DNA of 64,000 bases from NCBI GenBank assembly GCA_043228905.1, contig JBHGNT010000008.1:19840001-19904000 (forward strand), in the 5' to 3' direction. This document shows positions 39,001 to 50,972 of the stretch, piece after piece. The notes beneath the pieces were generated by a model. The model saw nothing but the letters and a program-made list of their open reading frames with translations, did not search any database and was not told the DNA's origin. Numbering within the stretch: position 1 is the first letter of the stretch; the number at the start of each line of letters is the position of its first letter. The DNA comes from Azolla caroliniana. Taxonomy: Eukaryota; Plantae; Polypodiophyta. The translations under genes and the position numbers were made by a program.

Positions 39001-41926
39001 TCTCTTCATCCGACTGGTCGAACCGACTCAGACGCTCGTTCGGTCCACTCAACCGAAACGATTCCGGACTCTCATCTTGAGTCCCGACTTCATCATCCTC
39101 TGCCAGGGCTGATTCAGGCGCACGGGCCTGATCTTCCGGCATTGGGTCGAGATCGGAAGTCGGAGTCGGTAGGGAGTACCAGGATGCCGATTCGTCGAAC
39201 TCGACATCCCGGCTAACTCGGACTTCCTTCGTCCGGGGGTTATAGCACTTATACCCCTTTTGCTCTTGAGCATAACCGACTAGAATGCATTTTTTCGATT
39301 TTGCATCCAGCTTTCTCCGCTTCTGATCCGACACATGCACATACGCTATGTTGCCGAATATCCGAAGGTGTCTTAAGTTCGGCTTGCGCCCGAAATAAAG
39401 CTCATGAGCTGACACCTTGTCACCAATGCGGTTTTGTATGTAGACGGCCGTCTGGACCGCCTCCGCCCAGTCGAACTGGGGCATGCTCTTCTCCTCCAGC
39501 ATTGTCCTTGCCGCTTCGACGAGTGTCCGGTTCTTCCTTTCGGCCACACCGTTTTGCTCCGGTGTGTATCTGCAGCTGAACTCTCGCCGAAGTCCCTTTT
39601 GCTGCAGATAACTAGTGAATTGGCCGGAAAAATATTCCTATCCGCCATCCGACCGAAGGCATTTGATCTTCCTCTCCGATTCCCGTTCCACCATCTTCTA
39701 GAGGCTCCGGAAACAGTCGAAGACTTCGCTCTTCCGCTCAATGAGGTAGATCCAAGTATGTCGTGTATAGTCGTCGATGAAGGAGACGAAGTACCGGCTC
39801 CCGCCAAGGCTTACACTTTGTGCCAGTCCCCACACATCCGAATGGATGAGATCGAGCTTGTTATGGCTCCGGTTCCGTTCGGTGGGGAATGGAAGCCGGT
39901 GTTGCTTCCCAAGTTGGCAGGCTTCACAAATTTCGGCTCTCCGGCCGCTGAACTTTGGCAAACCGAAAACGACTTGTTTCGTTTGCAGGTCTTGAAGCCT
40001 CCAGTAGTTGTCGTGGCCTATCCGCTTGTGCCATAGGTCGATGTCTGACTCGACCTTCTGTCGTTTCGCGAACAGAGCGGTGCCAATGTCATTGGTGTTG
40101 AGGATAAACATCCTCCCGTCTCTGCGCCCTCATCCTCAATGAAGCACCCGAGGTGCGTAAACCGCACCTGCATCCCCTGGTCGACAATCTGACCGATGGA
40201 CACCAGGTTCTTCGTGATCGTCGGAACATGTAATACGTTCATCAGCTTCCCTTTCTGTCCAACGTGGCTTAGAGGGACTTCTCCGATGTGCACGATTGGG
40301 TGTGGAGTGCTGTCTCCGGTTTCGACTACTCCTGGTTGATCCGGTTTCTCCAGAAAGGAGAACCACTCTTTGTGGCTCGTCATGTGGTTCGACGCGCCGG
40401 AATCAACATACCACACTTCCTCCGTTTTGGAAGTGGTCTTCTTCATTGAGTTTGCCTTGTGATTCATCACCAAGGCTGGCCCCTTACCGGCCTTTCCGGT
40501 TCCGGATCCTCCTGATCCGTTTGCGTAGTGCGAGTTTTGCCGGCCATCCTTACCGGTCTTGCCGGATCCGGATTTGTCCGAATCGGCACGCTTTCTCCAG
40601 CACTCGCTTTCCCTGTGGCCTTTTTTTCCACAGTACCAGCATTCCGTAGCGGATTTGTCTTTCCGGCCTCCGGCACCGCCTTGACTCCCCCTGCTTGTGG
40701 AAGTCCCGGAACTGCTGTCGGCACACTCATAGTGCCTCCGTTCCTGCTCTTGCTAGCCGCCTCCATTGCGTGCCGACCCTCCTCTTCCACCACGCCCACG
40801 GAACCAATCCATTCCCGTGTAAAACATTCGGTTGTCCGGGGATGCACTGGTAGATGCACCGGCGTGGTTCTCCTCTTCAAGGAGCATCGACTGTAAGTCG
40901 AAGAATGAGGGGGTATTCTCCCTTTTACACACCGCAGTCCCGAATGCTCCGAACTTGGACACCAGGCCTCCAAGACATACCTGAACCATCTCGTCTTCCT
41001 CTACAGTAACATTGATAGAGGAGAGTGAGTCGCAAATCTCCTTTATCCGGCCCGTGTAGTCTGCCACAGACATGTTCTTCTGTCAAACATTGCTCAACTC
41101 CTGTCTGAGTTGCAGCTTCCGGGCAGTGGTGCTTGCGGCGAAAACCTTTTTCAGGTTCCCCCAAGCATCCTTCGGTGTCTTGGCGTCACGGATGTGGCTG
41201 AGCAGCTGATCGCCGACACTGGATGCGAAGCAGTACATCACCCTGCTTGCCGCCTATTCCCATACCGGGAAGTCCTTGTGTGCCGAGTCTGGCGCCGCAT
41301 CATTCACTCCTTCGAAATAACTCCAGTACCCGTGTCCAAGCAGGTACTGGTGCATCTTGTAAGACCGGGATGCGTAGTTGCTCCTGTCGAGCTTCTCCAC
41401 CGGGAGCGACATAGCCATGCCTCTATCCATGTCTTCTACTGTGTCTGTTTTCGACCTGTTAGGGTTTTCTTCTCAAGAGTAAACGTCTGCAGCAGAGGTT
41501 CTCAACCCTCGCGCTCTGATACCATGTAAACATAAGTGTTTGCGGAAGCGTAAAACAGAGAACAACACACACACACACACACACACACACAGAGCATAAC
41601 GTAATTTCCAAAATTATATCAAGACTCTACATTTACACACTGTGCTAAGTAGCACTATTTATACAAGTCCTCTTGGGACTGACAGAAGTACCATGTACGT
41701 CAATGCTCACACGAGCATCTGACACTTACTACGAGACTATAGATACCTAGTAGTCTATCCTATTCTAGGCTTCCGATTGGACTGCCGGTTACGGATTGCA
41801 CCCGACCTCCACTGCTTGCCGGTTCGGTTGCTCACCGTCATACCGATCCATTTCGCCCGATCCGTCTTGCTTACCGGCTCCGGCTTATTCAACCGATCCG
41901 GCTCCGGTTGAGCTTGCCGCTCAGCA
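36008..41926 (-). mobile_element. Full-length Ty1/copia element nested in chromovirus integrase
   Basis: LTRs 36008-36423 and 41525-41926; TSD GATGT (36003-07, 41927-31); Met-i PBS 41513-41524; PPT 36424-36435. Confidence 0.96.
36418..41419 (-). pseudogene. Copia polyprotein (several frameshifts and stops) with long C-terminal extension
   Basis: WYVDSGASNHM; WHKRIGH..CEACQLGK; SDGG; LKKSLYGLKQ; LLYVDDL; ADIFTK, followed by ~240 extra open codons. Confidence 0.9.
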
Positions 41927-43137
41927 GATGTTAATATACATCATGATGAGTTGCGATGTATGCAAAAATTTCTTCGGGATATGCTAGATATGTTGCATAT
42001 TGCATGGGATAATATAAAAACAGCTCAAGATAGAGTGCGTTTTTATGCCGATCATAATAGGCAACCTCGTGTATTCAACCTTGGACAGAAGGTATTTTTA
42101 CTTGTACCTCACAATTCTAAGACATTGTCTAAGGGTAAGTGTGCTAAGTTAGCCCCACGGTTTTGTGGACCTTTTACAATCCTCAAACGCATTGGGTCAT
42201 CAGCCTATCGTCTCACTCTTCCTGATGGTGTTGAAATTCATCCAGTTTTTCATGTGAGTCATCTAAAAGAACTTCTAGGTTCTAGCAATAATACAGTTAC
42301 AACTGAAACTCTAGTTACTTCTGAAAAATTATCTTCTAAACCACATATACCAGAAAGAATTCTTGATGTTAAAACAAAAAAATTACGTACTAAAGAAATC
42401 TGAGAATATAAAATAAAATGGATGGATAAATCAATAAAAGATGCCACATGGGAACGCGAAAATACTCTCAGAACTAACTTCCCTAACTTTCCATTGCAAG
42501 AGTGCAATGTTTTAAAGAGGGGGAGTATGTTACGGGCATGACCATATAATATCTCGTGGTGAGAATTTACCGGAGTATTCTATACACGTGGATTAGTGTG
42601 AGGGTTAAATGAGAGTGTAAAGAAGGGGAGGATTACTTTTAATTCTTGGGATTGAGACAACCCATTAGGCCAACTGTGAATTTTCCTGGGGACCTTGGGT
42701 ATCGCTATAAATAAGAGGCCTAGCTACCCTCATTTGATCATCTTTTGACTACATCGAGACTCTGTTCTTGTGGTGGGTCAACTCTTGTAGCGACGCGCTA
42801 GCACTAGGTACGGCTCGACGCCACGACAGTGGTATGGGACGCCAATGGAGGCTCGAGTCCGTCTCGATCCCTTCACTCGGGAGTGGTCGGGTGGATCGAC
42901 ACCCTTCTTTCTCTCTCTCCTTTCTATCTATCTATCTATATTCTATCCTTAAATCTAATGCTTACATTAGTTCATGTCTCTAACATCTATACTAATCATC
43001 TTTTACTTGTTAGTATTCTTGTTCTTCAACATAGTATTGTGGTTCAATGTAATTTTGTACAAATCCATCAATGCTAATTATGTTTCTGTCGGAGTATTGT
43101 TACTAATGTTTGTTGGAAACTTGGGATACAAAAGCAG

Positions 43138-44023
43138 GTACTTCTCCCTATTCAACGTTCGTATGCAATGGAACTACTTCGGGTCTGGACATGGAAAAGG
43201 AGATCATGATGGTGCGGGGGTTATGATCAAACGCGCTCTTACAAGTGAGTAGTTGGATAATAATGGTGAGAAATTACAAAATGCACATGATGTTGTGGAG
43301 TGGCTAACATGGAAGATTTCAAATGATGGTAAGAACAGATTGTTTGTTGAGGTTCGCGCTGATGAGGTCGATAGAACTAAATCATATGGTTGTAAAACCA
43401 TGAAAGGCACACACAACACCCATTGTGTATTAGGGTTTAGCTGCAAGGATGCAACACAATTGTTACTCCGTACTTTATCATGCTATTGTTCCATGTGTAT
43501 AGATGAAGGTTGGGATGAATGCATCAACCTATCAATCGTGGAGCCTTGGAAGCTGCAGAAGCTTGAGCCTGAACGACAAGATGATATTGAAGAGCATGCA
43601 CATTCAAACAATATTGTATACTACAACCAATGTGAAGAGTTGGCAGTTTTATTGGAAGTTGGAGATCATTTGGCAGTGCTCAAATCTCCTTAGTATGAAG
43701 ATTTAGAAGACTACTACATTGTGGTGTGCAAGCAAGGGAAGAAATTATTGAAAAAAGGGGTGAGGGATGGCTGGGGCAACATGTTCAACATTGGTGAGTC
43801 TGTCGTGTATGGAAAATATTATGCAAAGTTGCCACAATGCAAGAACACATATGCATTACTAAAAGATGCACCCACCGCAATAATCTACACTGCTGCCATT
43901 ATTGTGATCAAGTTAAATATGACTCAAGAAAAGCACAAGGTTAAGGGATACAACACTATCTACAAGGTCCCCGAAGAGGTTCATGAGCACATATTGGTGG
44001 AGGTCTCTTTGTTCAATGCTTGA
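43138..44023 (+). pseudogene. Sola2-like DDE transposase, last exon (copy 3)
   Basis: After a cag acceptor: YFSLFNVRMQWNYFGSGHGKGDHDGAGVMIKR (HGKGxxDG motif I associate with Sola2-type transposases), RTLSCYCSMC..W..C.N, then a DGWGN domain; two in-frame TAG. Confidence 0.65.
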
Positions 44024-44433
44024 AAGTTGCCTTATTAATACATTGTAGTTGGAAACTGTTGGCCGGTCAGAGAAGGCAAATGGGAAAGCAAGGTCGGATC
44101 GGATAAATATAGAAATAGGAATAGAATTATTAGGAGGGACGGATCCGGTAGTTGTAACCGATCCGGATCCGAACCGATTCGGTTTCGGTTAACGGTTGCC
44201 TACCGAGCACCGATTGTAATCTGGCCGGATGCCTATAAAAGGATCCGATGTTTTGTAATGAAGGGGCGAAGAATTAATATAGTTTTGCTTATGCTGATTA
44301 ATCTTGTCTTCGTCTGTGCTTAAGTGTAATTATCATACGCGTGTATTAACATTCTATCCCTACCACCCCTTTGGAGAAGTGTCGGATAGACACCTGTGTT
44401 GAGGCTAGTCCAGCCATACATACAACACTATTT

Positions 44434-44443
44434 TGGCGACCAC
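44434..44443 (+). other. Primer-binding site, tRNA-Arg(UCG)-type
   Basis: tggcgaccac, 6 nt after the 5' LTR; recalled tRNA end ..gtggtcgcca. Confidence 0.65.
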
Positions 44444-44479
44444 GATTCCTGCAGAGTGCAGAGGACAACCGGGGGATGG

Positions 44480-47400
44480 ATGTCTAGACAAAATAACGAC
44501 CACATCACCGAAAGAGGGAGACGCCACGCCGAACGGCAGCGACGACGGGAAGCCCTGCAGCAAGCCGTCGACGAGATCCGGCGCGATCGGTCATTCTCAA
44601 AAACGCTTCGGCAAATCGCAGAAGAAGCACTGCAGTTCCAGGTTCTACAAGCTTCCGACGAAGGCAGTAGCATAACCAGCCTCCAAGAAGCGGAGACACT
44701 ACTACAGACTCTCGCCGGCGGCGACGGGGACGCAGCGGCATTTGCAACATTAGAGGCGGATTCGGATAGCGGGGAAAGCGTGGGATCCCGCTATAAAAGC
44801 AGCCACGAGAACAACCCCTTTGAGTCGGATCACTCAGCAACATCGGAGCCAGAGGAGGAAATAACTCTGGAGTTCGGTGACCGGCAATCGCCGAGGAGGG
44901 AGGAGCGGATACCAACACCACCCGCGGAGGAGCCGCAGGAGCGGTTATCAACACCACCCGCGGAGGAACCGCAGGAGCGGTTATCAACACCACCCGCGGA
45001 GGAACCGCAGGAGCGGATACCAACACCACCCGCGGAGGAGCCGCAGGAGCGGTTATCAACACCACCCGCGGAGGAACCGCAGGAGCGGTTATCAACACCA
45101 CCCGCGGAGGAACTGCAGGAGCGGATACCAACACCACCTGCGGAGGAACCGCAGGAGCGGAGACCGACATCGGAGGAACCAGCGCAGGAGAATCAGTGGG
45201 ACGACACGATGCCGTATCCGTACCCAAAGTATCGGGATGAGCCCGACGGAGAGGCACATGTGTATGCATTCCTGCGAACATGGGAAGCCAACCACGTGTC
45301 CCAGAGATTGACGGAGCCCGAGGCCGACCGATCCAAAATCGCCGAATTCGGCATGACATTAGAAGGACCGGCGGCCCGGTGGCACGCAAAGCACTTACCA
45401 GGCAGCTTCGCCACGTTCGAGGCATTGAAAACCCAGTTTTTACGCTTGTTTCATAGACGAGTGGAACAAAGGGAATTGGTCGGACAATTCTACACCACTC
45501 GGCAGGGAGAAAACGAGACGGTCCCACAATTTATCATTCGTTTCCAGACCTTGCACAGTCAATTAGCAAGAGCACCACCCGAAGAGGAGGCCAAGGCAGT
45601 CTTTTTGGCTGCGTTAAAAGACCCACTTCGAGCGATGTGTGGAATCCTCGATTTCAGCACCAGCACAATGGACCAAGTCATTGATCGGGTCCTGGAAATG
45701 GACAACACGAGCCCCTTCCTACCGATGGGGGCGTTACACCAGGTGCTGCCAAAGGAGGAGGACCTCCGGTTCCGACAAGCACTACAATGCACAACATGCC
45801 TAAATGCGGGGCACTCGACCGTCGACTGCACCCTGCGTGCACAGTGCATGATATGCAATTCTCGCGCCCACACAACGAACCGATGCGAGTATAACCTGTT
45901 AACTCGACAAGCAGCACCGGTCCGACACATAGAACCGCGCAATCGGGACCCGGAAGAGGATCGATTCCGGAGGGACGACCGCTACCGACGAGAACGCGGC
46001 GACAGATACCCCGATAGAAGACGCAACAGCTATGACCGAGAGGAGAACCGAAGGGATAGCTACCCCCGGGACCGGTACGACCGAGACGAATCCCCGGAAT
46101 ACGAGCGACGCAGAGAAGAAAGGCGGCCAGGGAACCGGAATTTCCGACGGAACCAAAGGCGTGGATTCTTCCGTAGAGAGGAGCGTCGGGAGGCAACAAG
46201 GAACGACAAACCAGTAGCGGCACCGGAGAACCGAAAAACCGAGGACAACCGCCGGGGAATGCCCCTCCCCCAAACATGGGAAAAAGGAGAATCTAGCAAC
46301 ACGCACAGGGTGTACTGTTATTACTGCCGAAAAGAAGGGCATTACAGTAATCAATGCCCAAGCAAAATAGCCGACAAGCAGCCAGCAGTCAACATGGTGA
46401 CAGCCGAAGTACAGCAGGTTACCACACGGTCGAAGGGGAAGGCCGCCGAATGGGAAGCCCAGGAAGCAATCAGAAAACAAGCGGCACAATGGATCAAAGA
46501 AGCCAACGAACAAGGTGCGGCGGAAGTAAGAAACCAAAATATGCCAAGGGAGGAGGAAATCGTACAGCCAGGAGAAAACCCGACATGGCAAGCACTACAA
46601 GATTGTCAGATCGTGCTGCCGTTGGCACGGTTACTGCAGTTGGTGCCGAGGTTTACAGCAGACTTACAAGCCGCCGTGCGCAAACCGACGCCGACGCCAG
46701 CACCGGCATTTTTCTCCAACCCGGAGGAAGGCCCAGCGGTGGTTGATACCAGTAGCCCAGCAATCACGACAATCGTCAAAGGAAAGGAGATTCCAGGAAC
46801 AATTATTGACGAAGGCTCCGGGGTGAACGTCATTAGTCGACAGACATGCGACGACCTAGGCATCCAGGAGTGGGAACCATGCCCCTTCTGGTTACGCATG
46901 GCGGATACAAGCTCAGTCCGACCAACCGGTCTTATCCGGGACTTGGAAGTAACAATAGGAGGCCACGTATTCCGAATATCGGCCGTGGTACTAGAGCTGA
47001 AGGTACAAGGCGCATATCCCCTACTGTTAGGACGACCATGGCTGCGAACGGCGCATATCAAGCAAAACTGGCAAAAGAATATGATCACGTTCCGACGAGG
47101 GAAAACAAAGGTACGGGTAGCCACGCAACCACGGGTGCTCACTAGCAAGGAGGCAACCCCTTTATATGCCGAAAGCATCAACATGTTGGAGGGCTTACCG
47201 GACGAGGAAGTTGATCGGTACCTCGAGGAACACCCACAGATCGTCCCACTTTTTGAGGTGGATATCACGGCAGCAGTAGAGCCGTACATCACAATGCCGG
47301 ACGAACCGGACAAAGTGGCGATCCGGGAACTACGCCAAGCACAGGAAGCCCTAGAAAGAGAAATGACGATATCCCAAAGGGTGAAAGCATCCCAGCTGGA

Positions 47401-50335
47401 AGAGGTGGACCTCGGCACAACAGAACAACCCCGACCGGTAAAAGTCGCGAAGGAATTGCCGAAGGAGGAAAAACAGGCAATGGTAGCACTGTTAACGGAT
47501 TTCAAGGACGTGTTCGCATGGTCATACGAAGACATGCGAGGGTTGGACCCCCAGCTCTACCAGCACCAAATTCATCTAAGTACTGACGCGAAACCCATCG
47601 CTCAACGTCGGTACCGGATGAATCCAAACTATGCGGCAAAGGTGAAGGAGGAAATTGACAAGCTCCTCCGGGTCGGATTTATCCGACCAGTCAAGCAGGC
47701 AACCTGGCTAAGCCCGATAGTGGTGGTCCCGAAAAAGAACGGCAAAATCCGGGTATGTGTGGACTACAGGAAACTAAATGCCGCGACAGTGACCGACGCT
47801 TTTCCACTACCATTCACGGACGGAGTGCTAGATGCGGTGGCCGGCCACGAAGTTTACAGCTTCCTGGACGGATTCAGCGGCTACAACCAAATCCGAATGA
47901 ACCCGGCCGACCAAGAGAAAACAACGTTCGTGACGGAATGGGGAGTGTTCGTCGCGGTCGTGATGATGTTCGGATTAAAGACAGCCCCTGCAACATTTCA
48001 AAGGATAATTATGGAAATCTTCGGTGATTTTATTCCCGGTTTTATGCAGGTCTTCCTAGACGATTTCGCCGTCTACAGCCGACACGGAGAGCATCTCGAT
48101 CACCTACGACTATGCTTAGAAAAGTGCCGCGAGTACCGATTAAGTCTGAACCCGGCTAAGTGCGTCTTTGGAGTCGCAAGCGGCAATTTGTTAGGCCACG
48201 TGGTGAGTCGAGAAGGAATCGCGGTAGATCCGGATAAGGTAAAAGCAATTCTCGACGCACCGGCACCGAATAGCGCAAAAGCTTTAAGCCGATTCCTTGG
48301 TCAAATAAGGTGGCATAGTCGGATGATACGGCACCTTGCCGACTTTGCGACACCATTGCACGCTGCTGTACATAGAGTACCTTTCCAATGGACAGAAACG
48401 GAGGAGGCAGCCTACCAAGCGTTGAAGGTCATGCTGTCACAAGCTCCGGTGGTGCAGCCGCCGGACTGGAGTAAAAGCTTTCACGTCTTCGTCGACGCGT
48501 CGGACGTAGCAATCGGCAGCGTTTTGATGCAACTCACGGAACCGAAATGGTATCGGCCGGTGTACTACGCAAGCAGGAAACTCTCGAAAGCCGAACGGAA
48601 CTACTCTACAACGGAACGAGAGGCATTAGGAATGGTGTACAGCGTCACAAAGTACAGGCACTATCTGCTCGGACGAAAGTTCTCCTTCCACGTTGACCAC
48701 TCGGCACTACTCTACCTGGTCTCAAAGGCAGCCCTGACAGGAAAACTCGCACGATGGACGCTGCTATTATAGGAATTCGAATTCGACATTTTCCACCGAC
48801 CCGGGGTGCAGCATGCGGTAGCAGACTACCTGAGCAGGCTAGAATCCGGAGAATCAGGGGACGGCGTACAGGACGAATTTCCCGACGCCGAGCTGTTTAA
48901 GGTCACGATGGCACCGGCAACGGAGACCACAGTAGCGGACGAAGACAAATGGTTAACCGAAATGCATCAGTTCCTGAGCACCGGAGTTCCCCCGAAAAAC
49001 CTGGACCGAGACGAACGGAAGAGGATGGCAGTACGGAGCAGACATTTCTGCTTGGTAGGAGACACCCTCTATCACAAGGGGGCAGATGGCGTATGGAGGC
49101 GAGCAGTGCGGAGCGATGAAAAGGATCTGATCCTGAGGGAAGCCCACTGTGGAATTGCAGGCGGGCATTACGCCGGCGAAACAACAGCCCGGAAGATATG
49201 GCAGAGCGGACTATGGTGGCCGACTACCATGAGAGATGCCGTTAAGTATAGCAGGGAATGCGACCTGTGTCAACGACTGGGCCAACCCACGGAGCAGGCC
49301 CGGATGCCACATCACCCGGTCTTGCCATTAGAACCATTCCAAAAGTGGGGCTTAGACTTTGTCGGCCCCTTCAAGCCACCGACAATGCGAACCGGAAATC
49401 GGTATATAATAGTGGCTACCGACTACTGCACCAAATGGGTAGAAGCAAAGGCACTACGGGACAACACGGCGGCGTCCACGGCCAAATTTTTATATGAATG
49501 CATATGGCGTCGGTACGGATGCCCGATTGAGCTGATCAGTGACCAGGGAGGACATTTCCTCGGGCAGGTGGTGGAAAGTTTGACCTCATTCTATGCGGTA
49601 GTACACAAACGAAGCACTCCCTACTACCCTCAAGCCAACGGATTAGCGGAATCAACGAATAAAACGCTACAGAACATCCTTAGAAAAATCGTCAATGAGA
49701 ACCGGACCGACTGGGACACGAAGTTGCAGAGCGTGCTGTGGGCGTACCGAACGGCGTACAAGACTAGCATCCGGACGACCCCGTTCCGACTGGCATTCGG
49801 CTTGGAAGCAGTCATGCCAGTAGAATTCCAAATTCCTAGCTTAAGAATACAGGTTAAGGAGCGGTTAAGCGAGAAGGAATCCGAACGAATCCGGCTGGCG
49901 ATGCTGTTGGAACTGGAAGAGAATCGAATAGCCAGCCTGCTACAGCTAGAACTAGAGCAAAGGAGGAGGAAAGCCTTTGTAGACCGACATCGGCGCGGTA
50001 ACGAAAAGGAATTCGAAGTCGGGAAACCAATATTGCTGTTCCAGACACGGATGGGGAACATGCCGGGGAAATTGCGATTTCGATGGACCGGACCATTCTG
50101 GATCACAAAGGAGTACAATGGGTCTTACCAGCTCGGGACGTTGTCAGGAGAAGTTGTGGGCAAATGGGCAAATGGGTTTCGCCTAAAACCGTATAAGGGG
50201 CACATGCCAGCTAACCCCTTCAAGCAAGACCCGGAAAACCCGAATGGCGAGGAACCGACACCGACGCGTAACAACGACGAGGAACCGACAACAGTGCGCA
50301 CCGACCCGAACACATCGGGGGGAACCAAACAATGA
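44480..50335 (+). CDS. Gag-PR-RT-RNaseH-INT polyprotein, single frame with one premature TAG (48770-48772)
   Basis: Three CX2CX4HX4C knuckles; IIDEGSG protease site; FLDGFSGYNQI; FLDDF; FVDAS; HCGIAGGH..CDLC; WGLDFVGP; WTGPF. Start codon inferred. Confidence 0.95.
44903..45154 (+). repeat. 36-bp coding tandem repeat x7 in gag (ER[IP/LS]TPPAEEPQ)
   Basis: Order A-B-B-A-B-B-A, i.e. a 108-bp higher-order unit. Confidence 0.95.
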
Positions 50336-50346
50336 TGCGGCATATG

Positions 50347-50350
<4 letters not shown>

Positions 50351-50386
<36 letters not shown>
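50351..50386 (+). repeat. A36 tract between pol and ORF2
   Basis: 36 consecutive A; purine/A-rich tracts at the same place in sister elements (~12612-12638; ~60250-60281 minus). Confidence 0.95.
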
Positions 50387-50388
<2 letters not shown>

Positions 50389-50829
50389 CGTGGAGCTACG
50401 GGTAGAAAAGTCAAGACAAGAAGATCAAGAAAATCATGGTAATGATGAAGGAAGTAGTTACAACCGTCACACGGGTGCACGAGCTATTTAAAGCACAGAA
50501 CGTGGGGGCGCCGAGGTACAGGACTTAATACGTGCGGCAATCAAGGAGTCATAATGACAGGCACGTAGGAGATTCGACACACGCGGCAAAGAAGCGCAAG
50601 CAGGACACGCGGCAGCAAAGGACAGACATGCTATTCATGACAGAGCATGCGCAGGCGCCAAAAAATAGGAAATGCTATTTAGGACAGGGCATGCGCTGGC
50701 GCCAAAAATAGGACATGCTATTCGAGGCAGAGGACGTGCAGACGCCGAAATTAAAAAGTGAGATGCTAATTATGGCAGAAGATACGCACGCGCGAAAAAC
50801 AGGAAAAGGCGGCCCGAGGGAAACGCCAC

Positions 50830-50838
50830 TATATAAAG
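50830..50838 (+). promoter_or_regulatory. TATA-like box upstream of ORF2 (possible internal promoter)
   Basis: tatataaag ~140 nt before the conserved ORF2 ATG. Confidence 0.35.
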
Positions 50839-50972
50839 GAAGAACCGGGGAAGGGTTCACTTTTTACGAATTTTCCCACAAGCAAACGCAGGCTCAAGAC
50901 AGCAAGATCCGACGCGCAGAACACCTACACCCCGACCTCAGACCACAGGCAGCAGCAGACGAAGAAGAAGCG

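Larger units (their letters stand above)
32252..42500 (+). pseudogene. Gag-PR-RT-RH-INT-chromodomain polyprotein (interrupted at 36008-41926)
   Basis: [14 protein letters not shown]; [11 protein letters not shown]; MPFGLTNAPATFQ; FLDDILVYS; DASEYAIG; WESISMDFI; PRFCGPF; PERILD..YKIKW....DATWE. Integrase rejoins across the insertion as RAPIDV-NIHHDE. Confidence 0.92.
30522..42985 (+). mobile_element. Chromovirus-type Ty3/gypsy element (decayed), 5' LTR truncated, with nested copia
   Basis: Partial 5' LTR 30522-30637 matches 42868-42985; PBS-like tggtttcaga at 30640; PPT aaagagggggag at 42514-42525; 3' LTR 42528-42985. Confidence 0.9.

Noticed and set aside
48770-48772. Programmed stop-codon readthrough in pol
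   Set aside because: It lies within the conserved LLLQEF motif and the sister element has CAG; a simple C-to-T mutation explains it.
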